The position numbers and the translations under genes are program-made. A stretch of 64,000 nucleotides of DNA from Trueperaceae bacterium (GTDB taxonomy: Bacteria > Deinococcota > Deinococci > Deinococcales > Trueperaceae). Shown here piece after piece: positions 59,883 to 64,000 of this stretch. The stretch lies in contig OZ243913.1 in assembly GCA_965213705.1 (NCBI GenBank), positions 672,001 through 736,000 of the forward strand. The letters run 5' to 3'. Below the pieces are notes generated by a model, which worked only from the letters and a program-made list of their open reading frames with translations, was not told where the DNA came from and did no database searches. Every line of letters begins with the position of its first letter. Position 1 is the first letter of the stretch.

Positions 59883-60326
59883 ATGCGAACACGGGCCGTC
59901 GATACTCACTCAAACCGCCAACGTCACAGCACTCTAGCCACAGGCCAGTTGGGGCTGGTCGTCGTGCTCGGGGTGGCCTTCTGGTTTGCGGCGGCTATGG
60001 GCGTACGCTTTGGGTCTGCGGCGGGTTTCTTCGGCGCAACCGCAAGCTTGCTCACCTTCGCGCTCACAGTCCCCGTCTGCTGGCTTGCGGTACTGTTTGT
60101 CAAGAAGATGGCTAAGCTCGAGGCCGGTCAAGTTGTGCCGGGTATCGTTGTGGGCGTTGTAGTCGCTACCTTTTGCGACGGAATCGCGCTGACTTGGGCG
60201 CGCGGCCTCTACGGGCTCGACGCGGCTCAGGTCACGCTCGGAGCCGCCTGGATACTGTGGGGTGTCGGGCTGTTCCTGCTGTTCGCTTACCTTGACGACC
60301 ATCGCCGAGTGGAAGAGACGCGCTAA
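59883..60326 (+). CDS. Small 4-TM membrane protein
   Basis: GGAGG RBS; hydrophobic; divergent from TetR. Confidence 0.75.
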   Translation: MRTRAVDTHSNRQRHSTLATGQLGLVVVLGVAFWFAAAMGVRFGSAAGFFGATASLLTFALTVPVCWLAVLFVKKMAKLEAGQVVPGIVVGVVVATFCDGIALTWARGLYGLDAAQVTLGAAWILWGVGLFLLFAYLDDHRRVEETR

Positions 60327-60473
60327 GTGAGACGCCCTCGAGAAAAAACCTCTGTGACGACCGATACCAGCCTGCACGTGGTATGAAAAGAGCAGAAGGA
60401 ACCTCAGTTCAAACTACACCCACTTTCCCCTTTGCGGAATTTGTGTATCTATTTCTCGAGTCACAGGAGGCTT

Positions 60474-61211
60474 GTGCACTTCACAGAATTTTTCGCCATT
60501 ACTGAGCGCTACCAAGACATCCTCAACCCCTCGTCCCACGACAAACTGATGCTGCTGGCCGAATACTGCAACGTCGCAGACGGCAGCCGCGTCCTGGACA
60601 TCGGTTGCGGTAAAGGCTACCTGTTGCGGAGTTGGGCCAAACAGTGGCGAATAGAGGGCGTGGGCGTAGACATCAACCCGGTCTCGGTTGCCGAAGCGAA
60701 AGAAAAGGCGGCGCAGGAGGGCGTGGCCGCGCGGCTGACCTTTATTGAGGGTTCGGCCGCCGAGTACAAAGGCGAGGCGGCTTTCGACATCGTCACCTGC
60801 ATCGGCGCTCCGTTCGCCATCGGCAGTTTTCGGGAAGCTGTGGCGTGGATGGTTGCCAGAACCAAACCTGACGGGAACATCGCTATCGGCGACGAGTATT
60901 TGCCCGCACCCTTGCCCGAACATATTGACGAAGATGTAAAGGACTATCCAACCCTGAGCCGGCTCAGCAGCATCTTGGCAGAGGAAGGGTTGTTCACGAC
61001 GGGTGTCATTGCCGCTGCCCCCGACGACTGGGACAGGTACGCGAGCGGCGGCTGGCGGGCGGGTTACGACTGGCTGCGAGATAATCCGGGGCATCCCGAC
61101 TATGACGAGGTAGCCGAGCGTCTAAAGCAAGGCCGTGAAGCGCACCTTAAATTCATCCGGCAGTATTTGGGTTGGGCGATGTTGGTGGGGCGCAAGGTCG
61201 GGTTAAGCTGA
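60474..61211 (+). CDS. Class I SAM-dependent methyltransferase
   Basis: VLDIGCGKG, GVDIN, YLGWA. Confidence 0.9.
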   Translation: MHFTEFFAITERYQDILNPSSHDKLMLLAEYCNVADGSRVLDIGCGKGYLLRSWAKQWRIEGVGVDINPVSVAEAKEKAAQEGVAARLTFIEGSAAEYKGEAAFDIVTCIGAPFAIGSFREAVAWMVARTKPDGNIAIGDEYLPAPLPEHIDEDVKDYPTLSRLSSILAEEGLFTTGVIAAAPDDWDRYASGGWRAGYDWLRDNPGHPDYDEVAERLKQGREAHLKFIRQYLGWAMLVGRKVGLS

Positions 61212-61215
61212 CACC

Positions 61216-62061
61216 ATGACTTCCGATACAGCTAAGTTTCAGGCCCTCGTCGTCGACATGGACGGCGTGCTGTGGCGCGGCGACACAGCGCTGCCGGGTT
61301 TATCCAAATTTTTTGACGCGCTGGCCGACCTGCAACTGCCCTTCGTTCTCGCCACCAACAATGCCATGAAAGTCGCCGCGCAGTACACCGAAAAATTGGC
61401 CGGGTTCGGCGTCGAGGTGAGTGCTGAGCACATCCTCACCTCGTCCGAGGCGACGGCGACGTTTATCAAGCACCATCATCCCGAGGTCGACACGGTTTAC
61501 GTCGTTGGGGAAGAGGGTTTGCGGCGGGCGCTTCGTGAGCAAAACCTCCAGGTTATCAGCCCGGAAGAGGTGAGGAAAGGGGCGACCGCGCCGCTCGTCG
61601 TTTTGGGGCTGGCTCGAGACGCCCTCACTTACGAGATGCTGGCGATGGGCAGCTTGCTCGTTCACAAGGGCGCGAGCCTCATCGCCACCAACGACGACGC
61701 GACTTACCCGACCGAACTCGGGCCGCTGCCGGGTGCGGGCGCGGTGCTGTCGGTGTTGACTACAGCCACGGGTGCGAAACCCACCGTCGTCGGCAAGCCC
61801 AACGCGGCGATGTTCGAAGAAGCGCTGCAGCGGCTAGGCACGGCTGCGGAAGACACCCTTATGGTCGGCGACCGGCTCGCCACCGACATCGCAGGCGGCG
61901 CGGCGGCGGGGATGAAGACGGTGCTGGTGCTGACGGGGGTCTCGACGCGTGACGACTTAGAGACCTCCGACGTTCAGCCGGACTTCGTGATGGAGGACGT
62001 TCGGGAGTTGACAAAGTTTTTGCTCGAGGCGGGTTCGAACAACAGTTCTGCAGATGATTGA
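61216..62061 (+). CDS. HAD-IIA hydrolase (NagD-like)
   Basis: DMDGVL, TNN, GKP, MVGDRLATDI. Confidence 0.94.
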   Translation: MTSDTAKFQALVVDMDGVLWRGDTALPGLSKFFDALADLQLPFVLATNNAMKVAAQYTEKLAGFGVEVSAEHILTSSEATATFIKHHHPEVDTVYVVGEEGLRRALREQNLQVISPEEVRKGATAPLVVLGLARDALTYEMLAMGSLLVHKGASLIATNDDATYPTELGPLPGAGAVLSVLTTATGAKPTVVGKPNAAMFEEALQRLGTAAEDTLMVGDRLATDIAGGAAAGMKTVLVLTGVSTRDDLETSDVQPDFVMEDVRELTKFLLEAGSNNSSADD

Positions 62062-62176
62062 GACGGTTTTGTTCGTGACCGCGGTGTAGACCCCCCGGCC
62101 CGAAGGGCCACCCCCCTAGAAAGGGGGTAAGGTCAACAGCGGTTTTGCTTAGATTCATCAAAGCCGAAAGGCGGAG

Positions 62177-63868
62177 TTACTTCAAAGTAACCGCCTGCCG
62201 CACCACGCCCGCGCGTTCGTGCTTCACGGTGATGTGGAGCGTGCCGCCGCCGGGCGCGTGGACGACCCACTCGAGCTTGAGCCGCTCCGTCGTCGGGTCG
62301 GCTGTGGTGGGGCTGGGCGCGACGTTTTTGTAGGCGCGACCGGAAAGCTGTCCGTGAACCTCTCGTACTTTACCGACTTTCAGACTTGCGCCCTCGGGTA
62401 ATTCGACTTCCGCGACCACGCCGCGGACGAGCTTTTTCTCCTGCGCGTGCTTGGTGACGTAACTCGGTAGCCAGCCGGTGTTGTGGACGACGATTTGAAC
62501 CCGATAAGTGTCGTCGCCCAAAGGTTCGACTTCCGATGAGTGGGGCTCGAGCTTGGGCGAAATCAGCAGGTGCCACAAGCACCACTCCGGAAACTTGGCG
62601 ACCTCACGTTCTAAAAACTGCGGCGGCGGGTTGCGCCAGGCGTAAAGCGCGTCCCAGCCGCCGAGTTCGACCTCGCCCAGTTGCGGATGCTGAAACGCGT
62701 ACCAGTCCACGTAGCCCCGGCCCTCCAAGGTTTCGTCGCTCCACTTCAACAGTTTGAGGTCGTCCCCAAAATCGTGCTCGCGGTACCAGTCGATGAACTT
62801 GTAGTCCGTGATGCCCGCCTGCCGTTGCGGGCTCCAGATTTCGACCGTCCAGGCGAACACGCCCAAACCCTCGACCAGCCAGTCGTCGAACGCCCCGGTG
62901 ATAGTTTCTTTGGGGTGATACTTGAAGTCGTGGAACACGCTCGCGTGCGGGTAGCCGGTCAGTTCCGTGCCTTTAGCGCCGATTTTCTGGTAGGTCCACA
63001 GGTCCTCGGCGGCAAATTCCTCGTCGCTCTGCCCGCTGAACGGGCGCAGCAGCACGCCGCCGTAGGTGTGAAAGGTGATGCCGCCGGTGATGTTGGGGTG
63101 CTTGGCGACGAAGTCGACCAGGTTTTTCACCTCCGGCTCGGACACAGGGTACGGCCCCGCGCCCGCCTGCTCGGCCTGGTTGCGCCAGTTGGCGGGAAAG
63201 TTGCGGTTCAGGTCGAGACCCTCTTTTTTCGCTTGCACGGTGAGGGTGACGCCGTCGTAGTCGTCGAGCAAACCCTCGGGCAACACGCGGTAGTAAGTTC
63301 CGCCCGTCTCGGTCGGGTCGCGGCGCACGAGCAGGCGCGGTTCTTTTTCCGACACCTTCCAAGGCCCGTTGGCGTCCCGGACGCGCATACACAGCAGCCG
63401 CCCGTCACCGTCGATGTCCTCTTGACGCAGCCCGTCGATAGGCGTTTCATTGTAAGGATACGGGCGCGTCGAGGAGCGGATGATTTTCGGCGCGTCGGCC
63501 AGCGCGAGTTCGGCCCCGTCGGGGTTGACGCGGGGGACGACGTAAAAGGCCCTCGTGTCGAGCGCCCGCGTCACGTCTTCACGCTCGCCGTAGGTTTTGA
63601 CGAGCATGTCGATAAGGTACAAGCAAGCCGTCGACGGCGACACCTCCGTGGCGTGGATGTTGCCGTCTATCCACAGCGCGGGTTTGTCCGCGGCGGGGCC
63701 GGTGTGAAAGTTCGTCACCGTGACGAGGTGAACGTCGCGGCCCTCGTAACTTCGGCCGAGGGTCTCGAGCTTCACTAAGTCGGGGTGTTCGTCGGCAAAG
63801 GCTTTCAGAACGGCGGTCAGCTCGTTGTAGCGGTAGTAGCGGTCGAAGTCCAGTTCGGGCATGGGCAT
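62177..63868 (-). CDS. M14-family metallocarboxypeptidase
   Basis: GNIHATE, NPDG, DLNRNFP, SEPE, FHT. Confidence 0.92.
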   Translation of the reverse strand: MPMPELDFDRYYRYNELTAVLKAFADEHPDLVKLETLGRSYEGRDVHLVTVTNFHTGPAADKPALWIDGNIHATEVSPSTACLYLIDMLVKTYGEREDVTRALDTRAFYVVPRVNPDGAELALADAPKIIRSSTRPYPYNETPIDGLRQEDIDGDGRLLCMRVRDANGPWKVSEKEPRLLVRRDPTETGGTYYRVLPEGLLDDYDGVTLTVQAKKEGLDLNRNFPANWRNQAEQAGAGPYPVSEPEVKNLVDFVAKHPNITGGITFHTYGGVLLRPFSGQSDEEFAAEDLWTYQKIGAKGTELTGYPHASVFHDFKYHPKETITGAFDDWLVEGLGVFAWTVEIWSPQRQAGITDYKFIDWYREHDFGDDLKLLKWSDETLEGRGYVDWYAFQHPQLGEVELGGWDALYAWRNPPPQFLEREVAKFPEWCLWHLLISPKLEPHSSEVEPLGDDTYRVQIVVHNTGWLPSYVTKHAQEKKLVRGVVAEVELPEGASLKVGKVREVHGQLSGRAYKNVAPSPTTADPTTERLKLEWVVHAPGGGTLHITVKHERAGVVRQAVTLK

Positions 63869-64000
63869 CAGCTTACGTCAAAAAAGAAACGCACTCATAA
63901 GGTGCGCCTCTCGGGTCTCGGTGTTCAAAATCAGGCCGAGGCTTGGGTTTCCAGCTCGCTTTTCGGGAACCACCGGGCTTCCGGCTTGACTTCGGGCGCG

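Overview
High-GC bacterial chromosomal window, most likely Deinococcota (Truepera-like). This is inferred from pervasive leaderless-type TANNNT boxes 5-7 nt before start codons, a Rad52/DdrA-like gene and the overall gene content. The housekeeping backbone comprises tRNA-Pro(CGG), uvrA, yceD-rpmF-fabH-fabD-fabG-acpP-fabF, manC/PGM, murJ and an M14 peptidase. Accessory regions interrupt it. The most unusual is 11.1-15.6 kb: six toxin-antitoxin (TA) cassettes plus one decayed duplicate, separated by seven copies of a modular ~100-bp spacer. The spacer is built from 42-bp and ~55-bp units delimited by the palindrome CTCGAG. The ~55-bp unit carries a leaderless promoter and start codon. Two antitoxins share an identical N-terminus and switch to unrelated C-termini and toxins exactly at a CTCGAG. 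An in-frame deletion in an unrelated gene at 44.58 kb also maps to CTCGAG, and the hexamer is strongly over-represented in native DNA. Together this suggests a HIP1-like, palindrome-guided cassette and domain shuffling system; no recombinase is present in the window. Next to the array is an AT-rich two-gene island (VPA1262-like/PLD-type) broken by an IS701 element and a frameshift. A sulfated-fucose utilisation locus lies at 43.8-52.5 kb. All family calls come from motif recognition by eye; no database searches were run.
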